A stretch of 64,000 bases of DNA from Synergistales bacterium (lineage in GTDB: Bacteria > Synergistota > Synergistia > Synergistales > JAFGMB01), in assembly GCA_963666205.1 (NCBI GenBank), contig OY762654.1, forward strand, positions 2,432,001 through 2,496,000, written 5' to 3'. The translations under genes and the position numbers were made by a program. The notes beneath the pieces are model-generated. The model did not search any database. It worked only from the letters and a program-made list of their open reading frames with translations, and was not told the DNA's origin. Shown in pieces: positions 40,714 through 50,932 of the stretch (the stretch's first letter is position 1; every line of letters begins with the position of its first letter).

Positions 40714-42510
40714 ATGAAAAGAAATTCTCTTGTTTTTATGATGATCTTCTTTCTCTTTATCCAGATATTTCTGGTATTTTCTTTTTCCGAAAGATCTGAT
40801 GCAGATAATGCTTCTGGATCGGATATTTCTATAGAACACCTGAAAAATATTGACCTGTCCGAGAAGGATGGAACAGAGATCTGTTCATTTGTTTTCTCCT
40901 TGTTAAGGAGTGATGCTGCTGAAATTCTTCCCGAAAGCCTATCCATTGACAGGGTCCCCAGGATGGTCTGCATCTCTGTGTCTGATGGGGAAAAGCCCTT
41001 CACCGTTTTCCCCGGGGCGGGACACGGAATTGTAGATGCTCTGAATGTCGCAATTTCAAAGGTCCCTGATCCTGTAAGGCTAAAAGCCAGGTTTATTGTT
41101 TTTGATGTTATAAATCGGGTAACCAGGGTTAATAAACCTCCTGATGCTGGGGAAATTGTTCTTCAGCCTGGGATAGAGGGTCTTATTACGGATAAGGGAT
41201 GTTTTCTGCCTTCCCAGCTTTTATATGGTGGAATTATAGATAGCAGGGGGAGGGTAAATACGGGGAACCTTTTCTCAACCTTTAATGGATGGAAGATCCC
41301 CCTGTCTATCGAGGCGGCTAAAGAGAATTCAGGGTCCACTCGTTTCTGGATATTTACCCCAACTTCATTTTTCTCTGATGGAAAAACTGTTCTTCCTCTT
41401 TTCCGGGGCCATGGAATTTTTACCGATCTTACGGAAGAATTGCTTCTTGAAAGAATAAACCTGGGGGTAGGATATCTTGAACGATCAGTTAATCCAACCG
41501 GAGCCTTTGATTACAGTTACCAGTCCGATAAAGGAAAAGTCAACAGCGGGTACAATATTCTCAGACATTGCGGAACCCTTTATTCCATGCTGGAAGTATA
41601 TGAAATATCTCGTGATGACGGAATTCTTGGAAAGGCAAGATCGGCCATAGAATATCTTTTGAAACAGATAAGAGAAGATCGAACAGGAGGAATCAGGGTT
41701 GCCCTGGTGGAGGAGGGAGGATCCGTAAAGCTGGGTGGAAATGCTCTGGCCATAATAGCCCTTGCAAAATACACTGAAGTTACAGGAGATCAAGTATATC
41801 TTCCTCTTCTGAGAAGACTGGGGAAATGGATGCAGGTCATCCAGGAACCGGAAGGTAAATTTGGTATACACAAGATGGCCTATCCCTCTGGCAAGGTTTC
41901 CTCTTTTGTTTCATCATATTATCCAGGAGAGGCTATCCTCTCTCTTGTAAGGCTTTATTCTCTGGATAAAGATCCACTCTGGCTGGATATTGCTGAAGGG
42001 GCAGCGAAGTACCTGATCACCATCAGGGATGGAAGGCGGACCGACTCTCAACTTCCTCATGACCACTGGCTCCTTTATGGTTTGAACGAGCTTTACCGTT
42101 ATCGCAAGAACCCCCTTTATGTCAGACATTCCTTAAGAATAGCCGATGCGATTATATCGAAGCAGAACAGCGGAAACAGGTTTCCGGATTGGGAGGGAGG
42201 ATATTACAGTCCTCCGGGTTCGACTCCGACCGCGACCAGAACCGAGGGTTTATGTGCTGCGTATAGACTGGTGCAATATACTGGAAAGACTGAAAAAGAG
42301 GCAGAATATCTTTCTGCTATCCAAAAGGGAGTAACCTTTCAGCTCAATACCCAGATTGGAGAAGAGAATGCATGGTATTTCCCTGATCCTATGCGTTCTC
42401 TCGGTGGTTTCAGGAAAAGCCTTACTGATGGGGAGATCAGAATAGACTATGTTCAGCATAATCTGTCCGCACTGATGGGATTGCTCCGGATCCAAAGGGA
42501 AGGAAAGTAG
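40714..42510 (+). CDS. exported protein with N-terminal alpha/beta domain and C-terminal alpha/alpha-toroid-like domain
   Basis: N-terminal hydrophobic segment; helical repeats with YNILRH, KLGGNAL, YYPGEA, HDHW, IRIDYVQH motifs. Confidence 0.65.
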   Translation: MKRNSLVFMMIFFLFIQIFLVFSFSERSDADNASGSDISIEHLKNIDLSEKDGTEICSFVFSLLRSDAAEILPESLSIDRVPRMVCISVSDGEKPFTVFPGAGHGIVDALNVAISKVPDPVRLKARFIVFDVINRVTRVNKPPDAGEIVLQPGIEGLITDKGCFLPSQLLYGGIIDSRGRVNTGNLFSTFNGWKIPLSIEAAKENSGSTRFWIFTPTSFFSDGKTVLPLFRGHGIFTDLTEELLLERINLGVGYLERSVNPTGAFDYSYQSDKGKVNSGYNILRHCGTLYSMLEVYEISRDDGILGKARSAIEYLLKQIREDRTGGIRVALVEEGGSVKLGGNALAIIALAKYTEVTGDQVYLPLLRRLGKWMQVIQEPEGKFGIHKMAYPSGKVSSFVSSYYPGEAILSLVRLYSLDKDPLWLDIAEGAAKYLITIRDGRRTDSQLPHDHWLLYGLNELYRYRKNPLYVRHSLRIADAIISKQNSGNRFPDWEGGYYSPPGSTPTATRTEGLCAAYRLVQYTGKTEKEAEYLSAIQKGVTFQLNTQIGEENAWYFPDPMRSLGGFRKSLTDGEIRIDYVQHNLSALMGLLRIQREGK

Positions 42511-42515
42511 TTTTC

Positions 42516-43646
42516 ATGCTGACATGGAGACGTTCAGTTCTCTTCTGGGGATTATTGTTATTCACAGTCTGTTTTCCTGGGTCAGCCCTTGGTTCGGGGA
42601 CAAGAATACTTTTTCTTGGTGATCTCAGCTTTGGGGAAAACTACGGTACCATCAGGGGAGTCGATACAATAAGCGGAAACATGCGTTACACCTATCCACT
42701 TGAGAAATTCCGGTCCATTCTTGCAGATGCATTTATTGCTATTGCTAACCTGGAGACACCAGTAACAGATGACCTTTCCCAACCTGTAGTGAATAAAACA
42801 TATCTTCACTGGACTCATCCGGTCAAGGCACCTGAGGCCCTGGTCAAACATAATATTAAAGTAGCATCTCTCGCAAATAACCATAGTCTGGATTATGGCT
42901 ATCCAGGCCTTGAAGATACCTTGGAATATCTGGATTCCCGGGGTATATCCCGAATGGGTGCAGGAATGGACCAGAAGGCTGCCCAGAGTCCTTTCCATTT
43001 TAAGATGGAGATAGATGGAGACTCTCTGGACTGCTTTGTAATAGCAGCTTTTGAGCATCATAAGAGTTATGAGAAATACAATTTTTATGCAGAAGAGGGA
43101 AAACCGGGTGTCTATGTTTTGGATCCTTTCCTGATATCACTTCAGATCAGGAATATCAGGTCAGAATATCCTGATGCTTTCATCATCCTTTTTCCCCACT
43201 GGGGCAATAACTACTCCTGGAGATCCAGAAAACAGCAGGAAATAGCTCATAAACTCATAGAAGAAGGTGCAGATATTATCCTGGGGCATGGTGCTCATAT
43301 GATGCAGGAGATAGAATACTACAACGATAAATGGATAGTGTATAGTCTGGGGAATTTCATGTTCAATTCTCAGGGCAGGTATGGGAAATACAATGTTGAT
43401 CCAATAAGCCTGATAGCTCAGCTTGAATTCATAAATTCTGAAAATGAGGGAAATATACAACTGAAACTCTATCCAATAATTACTGATAACAGAATAACCC
43501 GATACCAGGGCTATTTTGTCGACAATCCCACTTTTAAGAAAGTGGTCAGGACCCTCGTGGAAAAGGATGATTCAGGAAGTCTCCAGGAAAAGCTTATTCT
43601 GGATCACGATCGTTTTGGACATTATATCGGACTGACAGTAAGATGA
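42516..43646 (+). CDS. CapA/PgsA-family (PGA_cap) metallophosphoesterase-like protein
   Basis: signal peptide, GD, ANLET, SLANNHSLDYG, HWG, GADIILGHGAH, YSLGNF. Confidence 0.88.
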   Translation: MLTWRRSVLFWGLLLFTVCFPGSALGSGTRILFLGDLSFGENYGTIRGVDTISGNMRYTYPLEKFRSILADAFIAIANLETPVTDDLSQPVVNKTYLHWTHPVKAPEALVKHNIKVASLANNHSLDYGYPGLEDTLEYLDSRGISRMGAGMDQKAAQSPFHFKMEIDGDSLDCFVIAAFEHHKSYEKYNFYAEEGKPGVYVLDPFLISLQIRNIRSEYPDAFIILFPHWGNNYSWRSRKQQEIAHKLIEEGADIILGHGAHMMQEIEYYNDKWIVYSLGNFMFNSQGRYGKYNVDPISLIAQLEFINSENEGNIQLKLYPIITDNRITRYQGYFVDNPTFKKVVRTLVEKDDSGSLQEKLILDHDRFGHYIGLTVR

Positions 43647-43674
43647 CTCTTTTCCGGAAATATGGAGGTTTATC

Positions 43675-44886
43675 ATGAAAATATGGAATAGATCAGTTTC
43701 GAACAAGAAATATCTGTTATTCCTTATCTTCTTCTGCCTGTATTTTCTTCATTTCCAGACTGCGGAGGGGACTGAAAAAATCATTCAGCTGGACAGGCGC
43801 ATCCTTGATAAGTCTCTTCAAATAGGAACAGATTTCATGATCAGTCATCAGAAAAATGAGGGCAATTTCAATTATGAGTATGACTGGATCAATAAAACCT
43901 TCACCAAGGGTGACAGTGAAGTCAGGCAGGCAGGTGCTGCCTGGGGGCTCGCTCTTATATATTCCGAAACAGGGCAGGATAAAGTTTTGAAGGCTCTTGA
44001 AAAGGCTCTTTTCTTTTTTGAAGATAATTCGAGAGTTACCCTGAATGGGGAGAGGTATATCAGTTATCCTGGAGCATCTGAAGGCAGTACAGGGACGGTA
44101 GCACTCTGTGCGCTTGCTCATATAGAGCTTTTGAGTTCCCTGGAAGAAGGAATTCTTGAAAAAGAAAGAATGGATCGCTACCGCACCGTCCTGGATGGGT
44201 ATCTTGCATTTCTTGTGAAAGCAAGGGATAACAACGGTCTATGGCATAGAAGTTATTCTACGCTTACGGGCAAACCCTACGGTCCTTCTTCCCCCTATTT
44301 TGATGGGGAAAGTCTTCTTGCCCTGACCAAGGCTGTTAAATATCTTGGGATGAAGGAACTTGTCCCTGTAATCATAAGTTCTGCAGAGTCAGGATATGTT
44401 CTAAACGTCAGGGAGGCGCTTGAGAAGAACCCGGATTCAAATACAACAAAGGGTTATTTCCAGTGGGCATCAATGTCATATTATGAATTGGCTGAACTTG
44501 GTCTTGATAATTCAGACTCCTACGGAGAGCGGCTTATGGAGTTGAGTGACTGGATGATCGATGTGCATAAGACATTGAGGCGAACCAGGAATACTGCCTA
44601 TGCTTACGAGGGTATTATACATGCCTACCAATGGGCCAGGGTCAAAGGCTATTCTTTAAAAGCAGAAAAATACCGTGATACCATTGAGAAGGGATTGGGG
44701 AAACTCTCAACATGGCAGGTAGGCAGTCCAGTGGCTAACTCATTCATAAGAAAACATCCCACTGCCGATCCTCTCGCTATTGGTGGTGTTCAGAACCACG
44801 GGAGCGAATCTCCCCTGCGGATCGATGTTACTCAACACCAGATGCACGCTGTTATTCTTGCCAGGCGTTATGTTTTCGATAAATGA
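43675..44886 (+). CDS. exported alpha/alpha-toroid-like protein, paralogous to C-terminal part of 40714-42510
   Basis: signal peptide; GNFNYEY, VRQAG, YFDGES, LRIDVTQH align with GAFDYSY, LRHCG, YYPGEA, IRIDYVQH. Confidence 0.6.
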   Translation: MKIWNRSVSNKKYLLFLIFFCLYFLHFQTAEGTEKIIQLDRRILDKSLQIGTDFMISHQKNEGNFNYEYDWINKTFTKGDSEVRQAGAAWGLALIYSETGQDKVLKALEKALFFFEDNSRVTLNGERYISYPGASEGSTGTVALCALAHIELLSSLEEGILEKERMDRYRTVLDGYLAFLVKARDNNGLWHRSYSTLTGKPYGPSSPYFDGESLLALTKAVKYLGMKELVPVIISSAESGYVLNVREALEKNPDSNTTKGYFQWASMSYYELAELGLDNSDSYGERLMELSDWMIDVHKTLRRTRNTAYAYEGIIHAYQWARVKGYSLKAEKYRDTIEKGLGKLSTWQVGSPVANSFIRKHPTADPLAIGGVQNHGSESPLRIDVTQHQMHAVILARRYVFDK

Positions 44887-44926
44887 TCTTGTGTTGGTGC
44901 GTTTTACATAAAGGAGCGATATTAAA

Positions 44927-45859
44927 TTGGGCGATATAAGGGTAGGGACATGTTCCTGGACAGATAGGTCTCTCATTGCCAGCGGGTGGTATCCGGAGAA
45001 TGCCAGGGATGCGTCAGGGAGACTGAAATATTATTCATCCAGTTTCAATGCTGTAGAAGTGGACAGCACCTTTTACGCCATTCCTGATGAAAGCAGGACC
45101 TACAGCTGGATAGCCAGGACCCCTCCCGATTTCAAATTCAATATCAAGGCCTATGGTCTTTTTACCTTCCATTCCGTCAATTTTGCTACTCTCCCTTTGT
45201 GGGTCAGAAAAGAAATCCATATTCAGGATGAAAAAAAGATCAGGTTTTCTGATCTTCCCCGATCCATTCGATTTGAACTCTGGAAAAATTTTGAAAAAGT
45301 TATCCTTCCTCTCCATAAAACAGGAAAAATGGGTTACCTCCTTTTCCAACTTCCTCCCTGGGCTGCATACTCAGAAAGAATGATCCGGTACATGAGAAGA
45401 GTTGCAGAAGTTGCCTCCGATTTCAGGATCGCAGTAGAAATAAGAAATTCATCCTGGTTAGCAGACGGGAACAGAGAACAATTTCTCGACCTGCTCAGGG
45501 AATTCAATATTGCCTACGTCGTGGTTGATGAACCGGAACTTGACTGGACGGTCAGGCCCGAACTCTATATTACTGCGACCTGGGGTTCTGTGGTCAGATT
45601 TCATGGAAGGAACAGCGAAGCATGGTCCCGAAAAGGGGCTGCAGTTCAGGAAAGATTTAAATATCTTTATAATGAGTCGGAACTTATACCCTGGAAAAAT
45701 TCGGTGCTGGATATTTCTTCCCAGGTAGGTACCGTTTATGCAATGTTCAACAACTGTTTCAGGAATTATGCTGTAACTAATGCCACTCAGTTGAAGGGAC
45801 TCCTCGGGTTTGATATTCCTCTGTTAAAAGGTCATCAGAAAGATCTGGGATTAAAGTAA
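44927..45859 (+). CDS. DUF72 family protein
   Basis: IRVGTCSW, VEVDSTFY, LFQLPP, RFHGRN, YLY, FNN. Confidence 0.9.
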   Translation: MGDIRVGTCSWTDRSLIASGWYPENARDASGRLKYYSSSFNAVEVDSTFYAIPDESRTYSWIARTPPDFKFNIKAYGLFTFHSVNFATLPLWVRKEIHIQDEKKIRFSDLPRSIRFELWKNFEKVILPLHKTGKMGYLLFQLPPWAAYSERMIRYMRRVAEVASDFRIAVEIRNSSWLADGNREQFLDLLREFNIAYVVVDEPELDWTVRPELYITATWGSVVRFHGRNSEAWSRKGAAVQERFKYLYNESELIPWKNSVLDISSQVGTVYAMFNNCFRNYAVTNATQLKGLLGFDIPLLKGHQKDLGLK

Positions 45860-45980
45860 GAAAAGCTTTCCCTAATGCCTGTTTTCGAGTATAATGAAGT
45901 TCTGATATCATTATATCAAGGTGAATAGCTAAAGAGATGAGTATCTTTTCTTTTTCTTAACGTATGAAAGAGGGGAGATT

Positions 45981-47477
45981 ATGTTAAGAAAAATATTGGG
46001 GTTCTTTCTGTTAGGGTGTATATTGCTTATCTTTTCCAGTTGTAGCCTTTATGCTGGAGAATACCTGCTTATGTTGAGAGATGGTCCGGATCAGATAGAA
46101 CTTCTATCTCCCTCTTCGATTGAGAATGATCTGGATCGAGTTTTAGAGGAATCAGGAGTTATAGGTTTTCTGAAAAGAAGATTTTATTCTCGGGTTGGCC
46201 TGCTTCATGTGAGCATAAAAGAGGAAGATGCCATAAAACTGAATTCCTGTGAAGGGTTCCTGATCATTCCAGCTGAACGGAAACTTTATCCTTCGATCAT
46301 TAGCAGTGAGAGCGATAAGAAACTGGATCTTTCAGCGATACCGTGGCATGTTGAAATATCCCTTCCCCTCTCTGAATTTGCCCATGATGCTGACGCCGAC
46401 TTTGCTGATGTCAGGGTCTTTGTACTCGATACAGGTGTTCAGAAGGATCATCCCCTGCTGAAGGATCAACTCGATATGGTTTTTGCACGCCACTTTTTTG
46501 AAGTTTATTCCGGCGATGAACTTGTCAGTATTGAATCAGATGAGGATGTTTCTGATTCTGATGGACACGGTACGTTTGTAAGTGGTGTCGTGGCTGGCAG
46601 CTCTACAGGTGTATCACCTGAAACCCTGGTTGTTCCCGTCAAGGCGAGTAACCAGGAGGGATCCATGACCCTCCTGGCCCTTGCTGCTGCAGTAGATTAC
46701 ATCCTTGATCTGAAGGATGGGGTCATGGCATCTAAAGGTCTGATAGTCAACCTCAGTTTCAATTCCGGACCGGGAGAAGATAAAACCCTTGAGGCATTCT
46801 TTGACAGTATCCTTCTTTCACTCGCAAGATCTGAAGTTCTTTTCATATGTTCTGCCGGTAATGGTACTGTAGGGGTAGGTACTGATGTGGATTCTATCCC
46901 AGTCTATCCTACGTACAACGAGTCTGAAAATTTTCTCAGTGTCGCTTCCGTTCATGAAACCGGATTCCTTGACCTGTTTTCAAATTATGGGAAAAGAACT
47001 GTTGAGATAGCAGCTCCAGGGTCCAGCATAGTAACAACCAATAAAGATCTTGGAACTTCCGTTGTAAGCGGTACGTCTTTTGCGAGTCCCTTTGCTGCAG
47101 GGATAGCTTCGATCATCTGGTCCCTCGATCCATCCCTCGAATACTGGCAGGTCAGGAATCTACTTATCCATGCCGTACGGGGGAAAGATATAGATGAAAA
47201 TTTCATCGATGAATACGCAGGTACCTCTCCAGAGTTCCTTTTTCTTCTTCCTTCTGTATTATCGCAGTCTGATTATGGAACTCTTCCCTTGAGCGTAATT
47301 TCAGGAAAGGCCCTTTATCCATCCATAATCGCCAATGGAGATAGTCCTTCACAACCTTCTGAACCAGACCCTGAGATTCCGGGGGGGGGAGGCTGCAATG
47401 CCTTTTCCCTGACTTGGTTTGTATTAATGTTTTTCCCTTTCCTGATATGTCTCCTGGGGAGAAAGGGTGGGATCTAG
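45981..47477 (+). CDS. S8 subtilisin-like serine peptidase with Synergist-CTERM-like anchor
   Basis: VLDTG, GHGT, SAGN, SGTSFASP triad; C-terminal GGGGCN + TM + GRK. Confidence 0.88.
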   Translation: MLRKILGFFLLGCILLIFSSCSLYAGEYLLMLRDGPDQIELLSPSSIENDLDRVLEESGVIGFLKRRFYSRVGLLHVSIKEEDAIKLNSCEGFLIIPAERKLYPSIISSESDKKLDLSAIPWHVEISLPLSEFAHDADADFADVRVFVLDTGVQKDHPLLKDQLDMVFARHFFEVYSGDELVSIESDEDVSDSDGHGTFVSGVVAGSSTGVSPETLVVPVKASNQEGSMTLLALAAAVDYILDLKDGVMASKGLIVNLSFNSGPGEDKTLEAFFDSILLSLARSEVLFICSAGNGTVGVGTDVDSIPVYPTYNESENFLSVASVHETGFLDLFSNYGKRTVEIAAPGSSIVTTNKDLGTSVVSGTSFASPFAAGIASIIWSLDPSLEYWQVRNLLIHAVRGKDIDENFIDEYAGTSPEFLFLLPSVLSQSDYGTLPLSVISGKALYPSIIANGDSPSQPSEPDPEIPGGGGCNAFSLTWFVLMFFPFLICLLGRKGGI

Positions 47478-47536
47478 GACTCTTTTCCTGCTTATCTACA
47501 TGGTCATGAGGGTATGAACCGAGGCAGGAAAACTTT

Positions 47537-48277
47537 TTATCTGAATTCGACCTGATTGTGCTTCTTAAAGGGGTTTGTCCTCAGGGCAAAGGAGTAGAGA
47601 TAGGGATATTCTTCTTTCAGATGTTTCATGTATTCCAGCCATTCAATGCAGAGCAGGCCATATGCCCTTTCAGCGTCACCTCGAAGGTGTTCCAGGTCCT
47701 CGTCAGGAGTTGTGTCTATAGTTTCTCGGGCAGTAAGTTCCATAGAGAAGTGATAAATGGACCAAAGCATGTCTGTGAGAGCTTCATGTTCTTTAAGGGC
47801 AGGATTTGCAAGCATACCGATAATGTAATCCCTGTGATCATTCAGAAAATCTTTCAGTTCTCCCAGGTTACTTCTGTTACATGCCAGGCAGACCTCCCTC
47901 GAAGATATATTTCTCCGTACGCTGGCAAAATTATTTTTATCCCACGAATCATCTACGGCTACAAGGTCCTGGATCTCTCCTCTTGACATGTCGAAAATGG
48001 CCATTTTTCTCAGGAGCTCATTTCCTATTTCGTGGAAAAATGTGCCCAGAGCCAGGTATGTTTTCTGAGTCTGTTCCTGTTTTGTCCGCATTTCAAGGAT
48101 CTGGTTTAAAAAGAGGGTTAGAAAAAGGACTGATATGGGGGCGAAGGCAAGGTTGTTGATCAGCAGTTTAAAGATAAAACGGGGTTCATCGAATATAAAA
48201 AAATGGATAAGATAGAGCACTATGGATACAAACAGTAATATGATCGTGAATTGGGCCTTCCAGCTTATTTTCTGCAA
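47537..48277 (-). CDS. conserved hypothetical membrane protein
   Basis: two N-terminal TMs and soluble helical domain; no functional motif recognised. Confidence 0.7.
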   Translation of the reverse strand: MQKISWKAQFTIILLFVSIVLYLIHFFIFDEPRFIFKLLINNLAFAPISVLFLTLFLNQILEMRTKQEQTQKTYLALGTFFHEIGNELLRKMAIFDMSRGEIQDLVAVDDSWDKNNFASVRRNISSREVCLACNRSNLGELKDFLNDHRDYIIGMLANPALKEHEALTDMLWSIYHFSMELTARETIDTTPDEDLEHLRGDAERAYGLLCIEWLEYMKHLKEEYPYLYSFALRTNPFKKHNQVEFR

Positions 48278-48306
48278 TTCAAACTTCCTCTCATTTTAAG
48301 CTCTGA

Positions 48307-48468
48307 TCAAAGGGTTCCCTGTTTCTCATCCTTTCCACCGGTTTCCCTCTTATCCAGGAAGGAATTCATGCATTTTCCACACCCGTGACACCCCTTTGAA
48401 CAGGACTTCCCATTATAGGCAAGAAAAAGACATAACCCAAGGGGTACCAGAAAAATGAAATATTTCAT
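48307..48468 (-). CDS. small Cys-rich membrane protein (53 aa), resembling FeoB-associated Cys-rich proteins
   Basis: MKYFIFLVPLGLCLFLAYNGKSCSKGCHGCGKCMNSFLDKRETGGKDEKQGTL; AAGGA upstream; co-directional with neighbours; below ORF-track cutoff. Confidence 0.6.
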   Translation of the reverse strand: MKYFIFLVPLGLCLFLAYNGKSCSKGCHGCGKCMNSFLDKRETGGKDEKQGTL

Positions 48469-48500
48469 AACATTTTTTTTCCTTTCATTATTTCATCTCG

Positions 48501-48983
48501 TCAGTTTATCTGTTTCTTTATTTTTTCAATTCTTTTCCGGTTAACTCCAAAGTCGGAATATCCAAGTCTTGCTGCTGACCTGTAACGTAGGAGTCCCATT
48601 TGGGTATCGAAATATAATTCCACGTCGTCAATAAAGCCGAATACGGAGCTCCGGCACTCCATCCTTATGTAATCTGTCCTTCTTTCCACGATGGAGCATC
48701 CCTTCAGGGTTTTGAGAAATGACGGAAGTTCTTTCCAGGAACTATCAGTAATTGGAAAGGGTTCCAGGTAATGGGAATCTTTCTCGTCAGTGCAGATGCA
48801 GTTTGGGCTTTCCTTACATGGCGCGAGTCTTCCCTGGTTCAGCCCAAAACTGAAACCCTCAGGCAGAGATGTTATATTTCTGCCGCTTACAGAGTAGATC
48901 CTTCCTGCAATGAAAAGGACCAGTAAAAGAATTAAAAGTGCTATCAGAATATTTTTCAACATATTCATTCTCCTTAGAGTCAC
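48501..48983 (-). CDS. DUF1499 family protein
   Basis: LAPCKESPNCI, FGFIDDVE, RSAARLGYSDFGVNRKRIE. Confidence 0.88.
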   Translation of the reverse strand: MTLRRMNMLKNILIALLILLLVLFIAGRIYSVSGRNITSLPEGFSFGLNQGRLAPCKESPNCICTDEKDSHYLEPFPITDSSWKELPSFLKTLKGCSIVERRTDYIRMECRSSVFGFIDDVELYFDTQMGLLRYRSAARLGYSDFGVNRKRIEKIKKQIN

Positions 48984-49076
48984 TTGATTATAACGCAGTT
49001 TTATTGTAGAACTTTAACATGACACAGGAGAAATGAGAACCCTGAAATATCTGTTCTCTGAACTCTGTACTGAAAA

Positions 49077-49880
49077 ATGCTTAAACTGAAGGAGGTATCT
49101 GATTTGAATATTTTCACGGTTTTAATCCTTGTTTTATTCCTTTATATGACTGCTTTTTTTATAGTTGCAATGATCAGAAAGGATAATTCTCTGGCTGATA
49201 TAGCCTGGGGCGGGGGTTTTGTGGTCCTTACCATCCTATCCTTTTTTTTCTCTCCCGGAGAAGCAGAGGCAAGGCAGGTCCTTGTAACAGGTCTTGTAAC
49301 AGTCTGGGGAGGGCGTCTGGCACTTCATATTTTACTTAGGAACAGAGGTAAGGGGGAGGATTACCGCTATGCCAAATGGCGCAAGGATTGGGGGAAATCT
49401 TTTGTTCTGAGAAGTTTTCTCCAGGTCTTCATGCTCCAGGGGAGTCTTCTCCTGATTATCGTTTTTTCTCCGGTCTATATTAATCTCAATCCATCACGGG
49501 GTCTTACCTGGTTTGACGGATTAGGACTTCTTGTATGGACTTCCGGTTTTTTCTTTGAAGCTGTTGGAGATTACCAGCTTGGCAAGTTCACGGGGGATCA
49601 GGGCAACAAGGGAAAGGTTATGGATAAGGGTCTCTGGGCTTACACGAGGCATCCGAATTACTTTGGTGAATCGGCCATGTGGTGGGGTATATTCTTCATG
49701 GCTCTCTCCATAGAGGGAGGCTGGATAACTATCGTAAGCCCCATAACAATAACTTTTCTTCTTCTCAAGGTTTCAGGTATACCGATGTTGGAAAAAAAAC
49801 TCATAGAGAATCAAAGGGGATACATTGATTACATGAACAGGACAAGTCCCTTCTTCCCTTGGTTCCCGGGGAAAAAATAA
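49077..49880 (+). CDS. DUF1295 (steroid 5-alpha-reductase-like) membrane protein
   Basis: DIAWG, GEDYRY, GLWAYTRHPNYFGE...WWG. Confidence 0.9.
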   Translation: MLKLKEVSDLNIFTVLILVLFLYMTAFFIVAMIRKDNSLADIAWGGGFVVLTILSFFFSPGEAEARQVLVTGLVTVWGGRLALHILLRNRGKGEDYRYAKWRKDWGKSFVLRSFLQVFMLQGSLLLIIVFSPVYINLNPSRGLTWFDGLGLLVWTSGFFFEAVGDYQLGKFTGDQGNKGKVMDKGLWAYTRHPNYFGESAMWWGIFFMALSIEGGWITIVSPITITFLLLKVSGIPMLEKKLIENQRGYIDYMNRTSPFFPWFPGKK

Positions 49881-50917
49881 TGAACCTTTTAACTTCCATT
49901 GCGGAGAGAGGATTTGTACCAGACAGACTTATCAGGTCCGGGATAAGGTGCAGACTGAGAAAAATACTTCAGGATCATGAAATGTTAAACACTGATCATC
50001 CCGATCAGATTGAATCTTTCCTGGATGAAATGGAGAAGGAGTCCATTGCTCCTTCTCCAGAAAAGGCAAATCATCAGCACTACGATCTTCCTCCAGAATT
50101 TTTCAGTTCTTTTCTTGGACAAAGGATGAAATACAGCTGCTGCTTCTGGGGATCCGGAGCCCGAAACCTCAACAGGGCAGAGGATGCTATGCTCGAGCTT
50201 ACATGTAGGAGGGCCGGGATAATAAACGGACAGTCCCTGCTTGATCTGGGGTGCGGATGGGGATCCCTTTCCTTTTATATGGCTGAAAAGTATCCTGATT
50301 CCACGATACTGGCAGTTTCAAATTCAAGGGAACAGGTAGAGTTTGTTCTTCAGGAAACTGCACAAAGGGGTCTGAAAAATCTTGATGCAGTTATTGGAGA
50401 AGTTTCTTCATTCCACCCGAATGAAAGGTTTGATAAAATTATTTCAATAGAGATGTTTGAACACATGAGGAACTGGAAAACCCTTTTTAAGAGGATTGCC
50501 TCCTGGCTTAACCCGAATGGCTTGTTTTTCTGCCATTTTTTTTGTAATTGCAGATATCCCTATTTTTTCAGATCAGAGGAGAAGTCTGAGTGGATGGGGC
50601 ATTATTTTTTCACAGGAGGAATGATGCCGAGTTTTTTCCTTCCGACTTTTTTTCAGGAGGACCTCCATGTTATAAAAAGCTGGAAGGTTAGCGGAAACGA
50701 TTATTCAAAGACCCTTGAAGTCTGGCTCAGGAATCTGGATGATAATAAAGATGTAACCAGATCGATCCTGGAAGGTTACTACGGAAAAAATAGAGTGGAT
50801 CTATGGTTTCAGAGGTGGAGAATATTTCTGCTTGCATGCAGTGAACTTTTTTCTTATAACGAAGGTCAGGAGTGGTATGTTGCCCATTATTTAATGGAAC
50901 ATGCCAGAGAAAGTTAA
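49880..50917 (+). CDS. cyclopropane-fatty-acyl-phospholipid synthase-family SAM methyltransferase
   Basis: ANHQHYDLPPEFF, KYSCC, LDLGCGWGS, SIEMFEHMRN, FTGGMMPS; ATG 49880 overlaps upstream stop. Confidence 0.85.
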   Translation: MNLLTSIAERGFVPDRLIRSGIRCRLRKILQDHEMLNTDHPDQIESFLDEMEKESIAPSPEKANHQHYDLPPEFFSSFLGQRMKYSCCFWGSGARNLNRAEDAMLELTCRRAGIINGQSLLDLGCGWGSLSFYMAEKYPDSTILAVSNSREQVEFVLQETAQRGLKNLDAVIGEVSSFHPNERFDKIISIEMFEHMRNWKTLFKRIASWLNPNGLFFCHFFCNCRYPYFFRSEEKSEWMGHYFFTGGMMPSFFLPTFFQEDLHVIKSWKVSGNDYSKTLEVWLRNLDDNKDVTRSILEGYYGKNRVDLWFQRWRIFLLACSELFSYNEGQEWYVAHYLMEHARES

Positions 50918-50932
50918 CTTTGAGGAGGGCCT

